64,000 nucleotides of DNA from Candidatus Lustribacter sp. (GCA_965277805.1 OZ255842.1:2368001-2432000), one strand, 5' to 3'. Shown: positions 19,277 through 28,713, counted from the first letter of the stretch. A program made the numbers and translations. The notes: generated by a model not told the origin, from the letters alone.

Positions 19277-20211
19277 GCGTAGAACTCCTCGTAGGTCACC
19301 GGGCGCTGTAACATCCCGTACTTCGCCGCAAGCCGCAGCGTGGCATCGACGTACTTGCGGTCGTTGCGCGTGGCAAAGAGCCGCCGTTGTTGCGCGGCCA
19401 CGATGGCCGGATCCACCTTCGTTACGCGTGCGATGATCTCGGCAGCTTGCGGACCGTGCGTGTTGGCCCAGCGCGCGGTCGCATAGATGGCCGTCACCAG
19501 CCGCTTCGCGGTCTCCGGGTTCTTCTGCAGCCAGGCCGTTGACGTAAACCACACCGTCGTCGCGAGCTCGGGCGCGAGCGCGATGTAGGTGTCGGCGAAA
19601 TCGCGGATGAGGCCGGCGCGCATCGCATCGGTCTTGGCGGGTTCGACGATGAAGCCGGCCTGGATCGTGCCGCGCTGGAGCGCTGCGCCGATCTCCGAAA
19701 ACGGCAGCTCGATGTACTTGATGCTCGTACGCGAGACGCCGTTGGCGTCGAGCCACGCCCACAAACTGAGCTGGTTGAAATCGCCGAGCGAGCCGACGCC
19801 GATCGTCGCGCCTGCCAGGTCTTTGGGCGAGCGGATCGGCGACGTCTTCGCCACCACGACGTTCGGATTCGCAACTTGCTTCGCGTAGATGCACGCGGGC
19901 GCGATCATCACGAGCGAGATGCCGCGCGCGATCGCAACGGCGAGCTGGAACGGGTTCACCTCGCCCGCGTCGAGATCGCCGCCGAGCACGGCTTGCACGA
20001 TCGTCGCGCCGTTGTTGAGCGTCTGCACCACCGGGGCGATGCCGTTGCCGGCGAAGATGCCGGACTCGGCGCCGTAATAGGCTTCCGCCGACGGCTCGAT
20101 CGGGATCGTGCCCATGCGCACCGTCGCCGGCGTTTGCGCCGCGGCGGGTTGCGCGGCCGCAACGATTCCGCCCGCGAGCAGACGCATCGCGGCGGAACGC
20201 GGAACGTTCAC
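19273..20211 (-). CDS. ABC substrate-binding protein, NitT/TauT type
   Basis: Signal peptide; DLAGATIGV, ALQRGTIQA, TARWANTH; paralog of the SBPs at 499 and 1483. Confidence 0.85.
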   Translation of the reverse strand: MNVPRSAAMRLLAGGIVAAAQPAAAQTPATVRMGTIPIEPSAEAYYGAESGIFAGNGIAPVVQTLNNGATIVQAVLGGDLDAGEVNPFQLAVAIARGISLVMIAPACIYAKQVANPNVVVAKTSPIRSPKDLAGATIGVGSLGDFNQLSLWAWLDANGVSRTSIKYIELPFSEIGAALQRGTIQAGFIVEPAKTDAMRAGLIRDFADTYIALAPELATTVWFTSTAWLQKNPETAKRLVTAIYATARWANTHGPQAAEIIARVTKVDPAIVAAQQRRLFATRNDRKYVDATLRLAAKYGMLQRPVTYEEFYA

Positions 20212-20221
20212 GGGTGACGTG

Positions 20222-20563
20222 CTAAACGCGTACCGAGATGATGAACCAGGCTGCGCCGAGCACGCGCCGCTGGCCCTTGGTCAGCAAACCGAAGATCTCG
20301 CTGCGCACGTCGTCGGCGATGCTTTTCCCGAGCCGCAAGCCGATGAGCAATTTGCGGATGCCCTGGAATTGGTCGCTAGTCAGGTTGAGGATCGCCGTCC
20401 CTTCGGTTGAGGGAAAGTTGTCCGCGGGCGACATCGCCGGAGGCTGGAAGCGCGGCAGTCGCGGCGTGGCGGTACCGCTGGTGGTCGCCCCGCCGGCAGG
20501 GGTGCCGCCGGTAGCCGGGAGACCGACCTTGTTCACATTGCTCACATGAATACTTTCGACCAA
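20222..20563 (-). CDS. Hypothetical protein with two LTxxQ motifs (Spy/CpxP-like core)
   Basis: LNLTSDQ and LLTKGQR motifs after a low-complexity N-terminus; start uncertain. Confidence 0.5.
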   Translation of the reverse strand: MVESIHVSNVNKVGLPATGGTPAGGATTSGTATPRLPRFQPPAMSPADNFPSTEGTAILNLTSDQFQGIRKLLIGLRLGKSIADDVRSEIFGLLTKGQRRVLGAAWFIISVRV

Positions 20564-20636
20564 ATGACGTTGGAAATCGAGCCTTCGCGACCGGCCGGCC
20601 AGGCCTTTCCCCGGACGGGGCTAAAAATTTCGTTTT

Positions 20637-21779
20637 ATGAGGGTTTTACGGACGGCGAGTTTCGCCGCCGCTATCGCGGCGGTGGTTTTCACGTTGGCGA
20701 CCGCAGCATTTGCGGCCGGGCGCCCGGTCGTCACTCAAGATTGGTTCTACGTCGGCGGCCACTACGAAGATACGGCCGACGGCACGATCTTGACCGGGCA
20801 AATGTACACGCAGGTGTTCACGCCGGTCCACGTGACCCACAAGTATCCGATTATCCTCATTCACGGCGGCGGCGGCACGGGCGCAACCTACGAGAAAACC
20901 GCCGACGGCCGGCCCGGCTGGGCCTACGACTACGCCGGTCGCGGATTCCGCGTCTACGTCGTCGATCAGCCCGCTCGCGGCCGTTCGATCCAAGATTCCG
21001 CGGTCGACGGACCACTCGTCCGCGACACGGTGAAGTCGCTCGAGCAGCGTCTCACGATTCCGCAAGACTTCGACCTCTGGCCGCAAGCGAAACTGCACAC
21101 GCAGTGGCCGGGCACCGGTAAACCCGGCGATAAATACTTCGATGCGTTCATGGCCACGCGCGTCATGTCGCTCAAAGACAACGGCAAGATGGAAGAGCTG
21201 ACGACGCATGCGGTCGTCGCGCTGCTCGACAAGATCGGTCCCGCGATCGTGCAAACGCATTCGCAAGCGGGCTCATACGGCTGGCGCATCGCCGACGCGC
21301 GACCGAAGCTCGTCAAGGCCTTGATTCAAGTCGAACCCAACGGCCCGCCGTACAAAGAGACGAGTTACATCGGGCCGCCGGACTACTTCGGCAAAGAGAC
21401 GGTCGGGCGCCCGTGGGGACTCACGAACGGACCGTTGACGTTTGCGCCGCCGGTGACCGATGTGGCCGACATGAACTTCGTGCAACAGGCGCAGGCCGAC
21501 GGACCGGGTCTCGTACGCTGCTGGGAACAAGCGCCCCCGGTCCATCAGCTTCCCGTGCTCGCAACCGTGAAGATCCTCATGGTCACGAGCGAGGCGTCAT
21601 ACCACGCGCCGTACGATCATTGCACGTCGCGTTTTCTCACGCAGGCCGGGGTGAAACACGATTGGATTCACCTGGCCGCCGTTGGTATCCACGGCAACGC
21701 GCACGACATGATGCTCGAGAAAAACAGCGCATCCATCTCCGCAGTGATGGCGAACTGGCTCGTGAGCAAAGGTCTCTAG
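20637..21779 (+). CDS. Secreted alpha/beta hydrolase
   Basis: Signal peptide; LIHGGG, DGRPGWA, DQPARGRS, THSQAG nucleophile, GIHGNAHDMMLEKN. Confidence 0.85.
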   Translation: MRVLRTASFAAAIAAVVFTLATAAFAAGRPVVTQDWFYVGGHYEDTADGTILTGQMYTQVFTPVHVTHKYPIILIHGGGGTGATYEKTADGRPGWAYDYAGRGFRVYVVDQPARGRSIQDSAVDGPLVRDTVKSLEQRLTIPQDFDLWPQAKLHTQWPGTGKPGDKYFDAFMATRVMSLKDNGKMEELTTHAVVALLDKIGPAIVQTHSQAGSYGWRIADARPKLVKALIQVEPNGPPYKETSYIGPPDYFGKETVGRPWGLTNGPLTFAPPVTDVADMNFVQQAQADGPGLVRCWEQAPPVHQLPVLATVKILMVTSEASYHAPYDHCTSRFLTQAGVKHDWIHLAAVGIHGNAHDMMLEKNSASISAVMANWLVSKGL

Positions 21780-21780
21780 G

Positions 21781-21939
21781 CTAAATTCGCGCGCCGCGTC
21801 CCGTGACGATGTTGAAGATCAACAAGATGACGGCGATGACGAGCAGCAAATGGATCAGTCCGCCGGCGATGTGAAGCGTGAAGCCCAACAGCCAGAAGAC
21901 AAACAATACGACGATGATGGCCCAAATAAGTCCAGCCAT
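21781..21939 (-). CDS. lmo0937-family small membrane protein
   Basis: MAGLIWAIIVVLFVFWLLGFTLHIAGGLIHLLLVIAVILLIFNIVTGR; GAAGGGG RBS. Confidence 0.85.
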   Translation of the reverse strand: MAGLIWAIIVVLFVFWLLGFTLHIAGGLIHLLLVIAVILLIFNIVTGRGARI

Positions 21940-22005
21940 GGTTTCCCCTTCGCAGCGCGACACATGCGCGCTCTACCTAACTAGGGTCCCCCGGCAAGGC
22001 GGCAG

Positions 22006-22575
22006 CTAAACTTCGGGGTGCTTGAGCCCGTCGAGAAAGGCGAACACCCGGCGCTCTGCCTGGAGCGCCGCGAACTCGTTGTAGCCCGCATCCTCGTGAA
22101 GCGCGAAGCCGTGCCCGGCACCCGGATAGCGATAGATTTCCGTCGTGGCAAAGCCTTCGAGCGCGCCCTTGATCGCGCGGACTTCTTCGAATGGTACGCG
22201 GTCATCGTCATCGCCGAAGTGCAAACTCAGCGGCAGTTTTGCGGCCGGCGCTTCATCGAGGTGCGCTCCGATGCCGGCGCCATGAAAGGCCGCCGCCGCG
22301 TCGGCCCCGAGCCGGGTCAGCGCCAAAAATGCGTAGCGCCCGCCATAGCCGTAGCCCACCACCGCGATCTTGCCGCCGGTCGCGTGCTCGTGCAGCGCGT
22401 CCATCCCCCGCCTGACCGACGCGAGACTGTCCTCGACACCGGCGGCCTCGTCGACGTCGACGGCGAGCACGTCGTAGCCGCGGGCGGCGAACCGCTCGAG
22501 CGCCGTGCGCGACCCCGCCGGAAGACCGACGAGCACCACGCCCAGGGCGTCGCCGGGCTGCTGTTCAGAATCCAT
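22006..22575 (-). CDS. Dienelactone hydrolase-like protein, shortened, catalytic Cys replaced by Gly
   Basis: KIAVVGYGYGG, HFGDDD, YPGAGHGF. Confidence 0.8.
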   Translation of the reverse strand: MDSEQQPGDALGVVLVGLPAGSRTALERFAARGYDVLAVDVDEAAGVEDSLASVRRGMDALHEHATGGKIAVVGYGYGGRYAFLALTRLGADAAAAFHGAGIGAHLDEAPAAKLPLSLHFGDDDDRVPFEEVRAIKGALEGFATTEIYRYPGAGHGFALHEDAGYNEFAALQAERRVFAFLDGLKHPEV

Positions 22576-22671
22576 CTCGGGACCCTCTTCGCTCCCCGGA
22601 GGTAATGAACCGTGCGGAGCGCATTATCAAGCCGGAACACCGCAGCACTGCATATCGAGGATTGGGGAAAC

Positions 22672-23334
22672 ATGGGAACAGCAACTTTTACGGCCGCCGA
22701 CAACTTCTCGCTCACCGGCTACACCGCCGGACCCGAGAATGCCACCAAGGGCATCGTCGTCGTCCAAGAGATTTTCGGCGTTAACAAACACATTCGCGAC
22801 ATGGCCGACGCCTACGCCGCCGCCGGCTACAAAGTGATCGCACCCGGCATGTTCGATCGCGCACAGAAGGGCGCCGATCTCGGTTACGGTCCCGACGATC
22901 GTAAAGCCGGCATGGAGATGCGCGGCAAGATCAGCGAAGAACAGAACATTCACGACATCGTCGCGGCCGCGAAGGCGCTCGGCACGAAGTCGACCGGCAT
23001 CGTCGGCTACTGCTTCGGCGGAACGATGGCGTGGCTCGGCGCAACGCGCACGCACGAATTCCAAGCGGCGTCGTGCTGGTACGGCGGCGGCATCGCCAAG
23101 GCCAAGGACGAGAAGCCCAATTGCCCGGTGCAGATGCATTTCGGTGAAACCGACGGCAGCATTCCGCAAACCGACATCGACGCGATCAAGGCCGCCCAGC
23201 CGAGCGTCGAAATCTACGTCTACAAGAACGCCGGCCACGGTTTCGGTTGCGCCGACCGCGACAGCTTCAACAAAGAAGCGTACGAGACTGCGCAAAAGCG
23301 CACGCTCGATTTCTTCGCCAAATATCTGAAGTAA
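22672..23334 (+). CDS. Dienelactone hydrolase
   Basis: VQEIFGVN, GYCFGG, HFGETD, AGHGF. Confidence 0.93.
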   Translation: MGTATFTAADNFSLTGYTAGPENATKGIVVVQEIFGVNKHIRDMADAYAAAGYKVIAPGMFDRAQKGADLGYGPDDRKAGMEMRGKISEEQNIHDIVAAAKALGTKSTGIVGYCFGGTMAWLGATRTHEFQAASCWYGGGIAKAKDEKPNCPVQMHFGETDGSIPQTDIDAIKAAQPSVEIYVYKNAGHGFGCADRDSFNKEAYETAQKRTLDFFAKYLK

Positions 23335-23394
23335 CGTTTGTAATTAGCCGCCGAGGGGCAACCTGCATGAAATCCTGGCCCGAAAGGCGGACTC

Positions 23395-23553
23395 ATGACG
23401 CTCCTCATCATCATCCTGGTACTAGTGGTGCTCTTCGGCGGCGGCGGCCACTACTACAACAACGGTTCCTACCGCTCCGGCGGCTATAGTATCGCCGGCA
23501 TCCTGATCGTGGTGTTGCTGATCCTCTGGCTCACCGGCAACATCCACGTCTAG
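23395..23553 (+). CDS. Small membrane protein (DUF3309-like); not in the ORF track
   Basis: MTLLIIILVLVVLFGGGGHYYNNGSYRSGGYSIAGILIVVLLILWLTGNIHV (52 aa); AAGGCGG RBS. Confidence 0.8.
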   Translation: MTLLIIILVLVVLFGGGGHYYNNGSYRSGGYSIAGILIVVLLILWLTGNIHV

Positions 23554-24512
23554 AGCGTAGGTAGCACGATCTCGCCCTCGAGCGTTTCGCCCCGCGCGAA
23601 GCGCTCGAGGTTGCGATCGTACTGGTCGGCCAGCCGCCGGCCCGTCGCGATGCTGCCGAACGTGCCGATGTGCGGCGTGATGATCACGCCCGGTGTGGTC
23701 CACAGCGGATCCGTCGCCGGTAACGGTTCGGGATCGGTCACGTCGAGCGCTGCGCCCGCGAGTTTGCCGGCCGTCAGCGCCGCGTGCAGCGCCGTTCCGT
23801 CGACGACGGGACCACGCGAAACGTTGACCAGCAACCCATTCGCGGGCATCGCGGCCAGCGCGGCAGCGTCGATCATGTGCCGCGTTTCGTCGTTGTAGGT
23901 CACCGCCAGCACCACCGCATCGCTTTGCGCAAGCGCCTCGTGCAAATGCGTGGTCGCGAACATCGCATCGGCGCGTTCATCGGGGGCACCGGTTCGCGAT
24001 ACGCCGATGATGCGTTTTGCCAACGGGCGCAAGCGGGTTGCGAGCCCGCCGCCGATCGCGCCGAAACCGACGATCGCGACGGTGAGATCTTCGAGCGATC
24101 GCAGCGTGCGGATCATCGCCGGCGCGTCCCACTTGCTTTCCGTCTGCGCCGCAAACGCGCGCGGCAATTGCCGCAGCAGCGCGAGCAGCAGCGCCACGGC
24201 GTGCTCGGCAACGGCCGGACCATGCACGTGGATCGCGTACGTCATCGTCACGCCGGGCGGCACGCCGGCGCGCAACAGCACGTCGTAACCCGCGCTCGTC
24301 AGCCCGATCCACTTCAGGTCGCCGCGGTTCGCCTTGATCGCTTGCGGAACGGCGGCCGAATAATACGTCGGCGTTATCCAAAGCGCGTCCGCGCCGGGCA
24401 ACGCCGCCAGCAGTTCGTTCTCGTCGCCGGCCACGAGATAATCGAGCTTACGGCGACGGGCGAGTTCCGTGAGCTCAGCCTCGAAAACTTGACCCCGAAA
24501 TACGACACGCAT
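23550..24512 (-). CDS. D-2-hydroxyacid dehydrogenase
   Basis: VGFGAIG, VNVSRG, LDVTDPEPLP, ITPH. Confidence 0.92.
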   Translation of the reverse strand: MRVVFRGQVFEAELTELARRRKLDYLVAGDENELLAALPGADALWITPTYYSAAVPQAIKANRGDLKWIGLTSAGYDVLLRAGVPPGVTMTYAIHVHGPAVAEHAVALLLALLRQLPRAFAAQTESKWDAPAMIRTLRSLEDLTVAIVGFGAIGGGLATRLRPLAKRIIGVSRTGAPDERADAMFATTHLHEALAQSDAVVLAVTYNDETRHMIDAAALAAMPANGLLVNVSRGPVVDGTALHAALTAGKLAGAALDVTDPEPLPATDPLWTTPGVIITPHIGTFGSIATGRRLADQYDRNLERFARGETLEGEIVLPTL

Positions 24513-24622
24513 CGCCCATCTCGTTGGACGCGCTGCATCGAACGTCCACTCGAAGCAAAAGCTGAGAAATTTTTAGGTCTCCCGAACTAGGATACTAGGC
24601 ACGGCTTACAGTAGCGTGAGGC

Positions 24623-25744
24623 GTGCTTAAATACGCTCCCTTTGCAGCCTTGGCCGTGGTTCTGGCCGTTAGCCGGCAGGCGTCCCCGGTCACCGCGATC
24701 CCGATTTTCAGCCACCAGTACGACGTGTCGTGCTCGAAGTGCCACTCGGTCATCCCGCACCTGAACGAGTTCGGCTCGGCCTTCATGGCCAACGGCTATC
24801 GCATCCCGGGAGTGAGGCCGGGCCCAGCCTTCCCGATCTCGGCCAAAGCGAATCTGGTGGCCTCGAGCGAGAACCAGGGCGACGGCGAGGGCGGCGCCGG
24901 GCTTCCGAAAGACATCGTCGACGAAATCGAGATCTTCACCGCCGGCGGCATCGGCGACCGTTCGGCCTATCTGGTCGAGCAGTACGCGGTCGACGGCGGC
25001 GAGCACGGCCTGTTGCGCGATGCGTGGGCCATCGATCGCATCAACCCGTGGGACGCGAAGATTCCGCTGCAAGTTCAAGCGGGATCGTTCACGCTGCCGT
25101 TGCCGGTGGATCCGGAGACGTTTCGCGAGACGTACGCCGGCTATTCGATCTACACGGCCACCATCGGCACGAACCCGTTCAACTTCTTCGATCCCAAGAT
25201 CGGAGCGCGATTGCAGATCGGCGATCCGCTCAAGGGTCTCAACGTGCAGGTCGCCGGTTTCCAAGGTCACGATCGGCAAAGCGGCGTGCCGAACAGCGGT
25301 ACCGACCTCATGCTCTCGGGTCAAGAGAATGCCGGACCGTTCGCCCTCACCGCGTTCCGGTATTCCGGCACGCGCCCCACGATCGACGGCGGCATCGACA
25401 CCTTCGAGCGCACCGGCTACGGCCTCGTGTTCGATCAGTGGGGACGTCTCTCAAGCGAGAACGTGCTGATCACGGGCAACGATACCGATTGCGGCAACGG
25501 CTTCGGCGCCGCGTGTCAGTCCAGCGGCGGTTTCTCGCAACTGCGCTGGGCGTTCAACCGCAAGCTCTTCGCGCTGGCACGCTATGAGGGCACGAACGAT
25601 CCCGTGAACGGCTTCACGCGCGACGCCGTGCTGCTGCTTGGCTACGGTCCGACTGAAAACTCCCGTATCACACTCGAAGACGTGATCGCGCATACGCCCA
25701 ACACCACGCACACCATGAACGTGCAATTCACGATCGCGTACTGA
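24623..25744 (+). CDS. Outer-membrane porin-like protein with N-terminal CxxCH (ExtI-like 'cytochrome c' family)
   Basis: Signal peptide, AIPIFSHQYDVSCSKCHSVIPHLNEFGSAFMANGY, beta-strand pattern, C-terminal aromatic residue (VQFTIAY). Confidence 0.75.
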   Translation: MLKYAPFAALAVVLAVSRQASPVTAIPIFSHQYDVSCSKCHSVIPHLNEFGSAFMANGYRIPGVRPGPAFPISAKANLVASSENQGDGEGGAGLPKDIVDEIEIFTAGGIGDRSAYLVEQYAVDGGEHGLLRDAWAIDRINPWDAKIPLQVQAGSFTLPLPVDPETFRETYAGYSIYTATIGTNPFNFFDPKIGARLQIGDPLKGLNVQVAGFQGHDRQSGVPNSGTDLMLSGQENAGPFALTAFRYSGTRPTIDGGIDTFERTGYGLVFDQWGRLSSENVLITGNDTDCGNGFGAACQSSGGFSQLRWAFNRKLFALARYEGTNDPVNGFTRDAVLLLGYGPTENSRITLEDVIAHTPNTTHTMNVQFTIAY

Positions 25745-26298
25745 TGCGCGTGCTCTGGGCGGCATTCGCCTTCTGCGTCATACTCGGCTCCATCGCGCGC
25801 GCGGACGACGATGTCGTGCGCACGATCGACGCAGCGAAATCAAAAGCGGCGTTCGCGGTGCAGCACATCTACGTCACGCGCGTGAACGGAACGCTGCCGA
25901 TCATCGGCGGCAGCGTAACGTTGCCGCAGAACGCAACGCTGCCGGTCGCGGTCACGGCCGAACTCGATCCGAGTAAGGTCAAGAGCGGCGACCCCGATCG
26001 CGACGGCGCGCTCGTGAGCCCGGACTTCTTCGACGTCAAAGCCTTTCCGGCGTGCACGTTCACCAGCACGAAGATCATGCCGGTCAGCGCGACGGCGTTC
26101 GGCGTCGACGGAACGCTCACGCTGCACGGCGTCACCGCACCGGAGCATCTCGACGTCACGATACGAGGTGATGCAACGCATCCGCTCTATCACGCCGTCG
26201 GTCACATGGACCGGCAGGCTTTTCACATGTCCGTCACGCGGCTCGATCCCGTCATCGGGAAAATCGTCGACATCACGCTCGATATCGTTCTGAAGTAG
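25744..26298 (+). CDS. YceI family (polyisoprenoid-binding) periplasmic protein
   Basis: RDGALVSPDFFDVKAFP, GTLTLHGVT. Confidence 0.9.
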   Translation: MRVLWAAFAFCVILGSIARADDDVVRTIDAAKSKAAFAVQHIYVTRVNGTLPIIGGSVTLPQNATLPVAVTAELDPSKVKSGDPDRDGALVSPDFFDVKAFPACTFTSTKIMPVSATAFGVDGTLTLHGVTAPEHLDVTIRGDATHPLYHAVGHMDRQAFHMSVTRLDPVIGKIVDITLDIVLK

Positions 26299-26323
26299 CG
26301 TTCACCCGCAAAGGCGAAGGCGT

Positions 26324-27766
26324 TTGCGGATGGTTTTCTTTGCGGCGTGCTTGGCGGTGTTCATGGTTTCGGTTGAAGCGACGATCGTCGCGACGGCCAT
26401 CCCCACCATCGTCGGCGATCTCGGCGGATTGCGGCTCTTCAGCTGGGTGTTCGGGATCTATTTGCTCACGCAGGCCGTCACGATCCCGATATACGGACGG
26501 CTCGCCGACATTTACGGCCGCAAGAAGTTGTTCTTCATCGCGATCGCGCTGTTCCTGATCGGTTCGATTCTCAGCGGCTTCGCGCACAACATGGTCATGC
26601 TCATCATCTACCGCGGCCTGCAAGGGCTCGGCGCGGGCGGCGTGATGCCGCTCGCATCGACGATCGTCGGCGACATCTATACCGGTACCGCGCGTGCCAA
26701 AGTGCAGGGATACCTTTCGAGCGTCTGGGGCATTTCCGCCGTCACGGGCCCGCTGATCGGCGCGTTTCTGATCGCGCACGCGGGCTGGCCCACGATCTTC
26801 TGGCTCAACGTTCCGTTCGGCATCCTATGCCTGTTCGTGATAGCGCGGTTCTTCCACGAGCGGGTCGAGCATCACGATCACACGATCGACTACGCCGGCT
26901 CGCTGCTGCTGGCCGGCGGTATCGGCACGCTGATGTTCGTGCTCGTGATGCTCGGCAATATTCCGGCCACCCTGGCTATCGTACTCGCGGTCGTGGCGCT
27001 GGTGCTCATCACCTGGCTGATCGTGCACGAACTGCGCACACCCGAGCCGATGATGCCGCTGAAGCTCTATGGTCTCCGTATCATCACGATCTCGAACGCG
27101 GCCAACTTCACCATGGGGGCCCTCTCGATCGGCATCACCGCCTTCTTACCGACGTACGTGCAGGGCGCGATGGGCCTCTCGGCCGTGCTGGCCGGCGCGA
27201 CGCTCGGCGTGACGTCGGCGTTTTGGACGGTCGGCTCGCTGGTCGTCTCGCGCATCATCCATCGCGTGACCTATCGCGAGCTGGCATCGGCCGGCGGCGT
27301 GATGCTGATCGCCGGCAGTCTCTTTCTCATCACGCTCGAGCCCGATCGTTCGATCTGGTGGGCGCTCACGGGCGGGACGATCCTCGGCCTCGGCTTCGGC
27401 TTCGCGAACCTGGTGTTCGTCGTAACGACGCAAGCCGCGGTACCCTGGCAGCAACGTGGCGCCGCGACGGCTTCGAATCAGTTCATGCGCCAGCTCGGCA
27501 GCTCGATCGGCACCGCTGCGTTCGGTGCGATCTTCAACCTCGGGCTCTACGCGCGCATTCCGAACAGCGGCGAAGTGGTCACGCGCATGATGGATCCGCG
27601 CACGCGCGGCAGCTTACCGCCGGCCGAAATCGGCAGCTATGCCGCCGCGATTTCCGGCTCGCTGCACGGCATCTTCATCGTACTGGGCCTGCTGGGAGTC
27701 ATCACGCTGGCGCTCGCCCTCGGCGTGCCGGCAAAGCTCAATGCGAGCGATCCTACGCCGGCGTGA
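26324..27766 (+). CDS. MFS multidrug transporter (DHA2, 14-TM type)
   Basis: TIVATAIPTIVGDLGG, YGRLADIYGRK, RGLQGLGAGG. Confidence 0.92.
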   Translation: MRMVFFAACLAVFMVSVEATIVATAIPTIVGDLGGLRLFSWVFGIYLLTQAVTIPIYGRLADIYGRKKLFFIAIALFLIGSILSGFAHNMVMLIIYRGLQGLGAGGVMPLASTIVGDIYTGTARAKVQGYLSSVWGISAVTGPLIGAFLIAHAGWPTIFWLNVPFGILCLFVIARFFHERVEHHDHTIDYAGSLLLAGGIGTLMFVLVMLGNIPATLAIVLAVVALVLITWLIVHELRTPEPMMPLKLYGLRIITISNAANFTMGALSIGITAFLPTYVQGAMGLSAVLAGATLGVTSAFWTVGSLVVSRIIHRVTYRELASAGGVMLIAGSLFLITLEPDRSIWWALTGGTILGLGFGFANLVFVVTTQAAVPWQQRGAATASNQFMRQLGSSIGTAAFGAIFNLGLYARIPNSGEVVTRMMDPRTRGSLPPAEIGSYAAAISGSLHGIFIVLGLLGVITLALALGVPAKLNASDPTPA

Positions 27767-28691
27767 GCCACGCGAGAATGTTCTTCACGGTATCGCGGTA
27801 GAAAATCTCGTAGGTCTCGCGCGTGACGAAACCGACGTGTCCGGTTGCCAGCACGTTCGGCAACGTGCGAAACGGATGATCGGGCGGTAGCGGCTCGGTC
27901 GCGAACACGTCGAGCGCAGCGCCTGCAATCCGTCCCTCCCGCAGCGCGGCGATCAAGGCGTCTTCATCGACCAGCGGCCCGCGCGAGGTGTTGACGAACC
28001 ATGCATCTGGCTTCATCAACGCCAGCTCGGCCGCGCCGACGACTCCGCGTGACCGTTTGCCGAGCACGAGATGCACGGTGACGATGTCGGCCGTGCGGAA
28101 GAGCTCGTCTTTTTCCACGTAGCGCGCCCCCGCCGCGGCGGCTCTTTCCGCCGTCAAATTGGGACTCCACGCGATGACATCCATCCCGAACGCGGCGGCG
28201 ATCCGTGCGCTCGCGGTGCCGATCCGGCCGAGGCCGAGGATACCGAGCGTCCGGCGATTGAGATCGCCCCCGACGGCGACTTGCCAGCCTCCCGCCCGGA
28301 TCGATGCGGCCTCGGCCGGGATGTGCCGTACGGCCGCCAGGATCAGCGCCCACGTCAACTCGATCGCGCCGTGAGACGTGTACCCAGTGTGGGCGACGGT
28401 GATCCCGCGCTCGCGCGCGGCATCGAGGTCGATCGAGGCGTTCACGGCGCCGGTCGACGCGATCAGGCGCAGCCGCGGCAGGCGCTCGATGATCTCGCGC
28501 GTCAACGGCGTACGCTCGCGCATGACGCAGACGACGTCGAACGGCTCGAGCCGGGCGACGACGGCGTCGGGATCGCTCACGTGGTCGCGAAAACTTTGAA
28601 TCACGGCGCGGCCGGCGAGCGGCGACCAGTCGGCGCAGGTGAGCGCGACGCCCTGATAGTCATCGAGAATGGCAATATTTACCAAGGACAT
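27753..28691 (-). CDS. D-2-hydroxyacid dehydrogenase family protein
   Basis: ILDDYQ, MRERTP, LGLGRIG, NTSRGP, LDVFATEPLP. Confidence 0.93.
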   Translation of the reverse strand: MSLVNIAILDDYQGVALTCADWSPLAGRAVIQSFRDHVSDPDAVVARLEPFDVVCVMRERTPLTREIIERLPRLRLIASTGAVNASIDLDAARERGITVAHTGYTSHGAIELTWALILAAVRHIPAEAASIRAGGWQVAVGGDLNRRTLGILGLGRIGTASARIAAAFGMDVIAWSPNLTAERAAAAGARYVEKDELFRTADIVTVHLVLGKRSRGVVGAAELALMKPDAWFVNTSRGPLVDEDALIAALREGRIAGAALDVFATEPLPPDHPFRTLPNVLATGHVGFVTRETYEIFYRDTVKNILAWLTPA

Positions 28692-28713
28692 CTTTTTCTA
28701 TTATACTGTGTGG

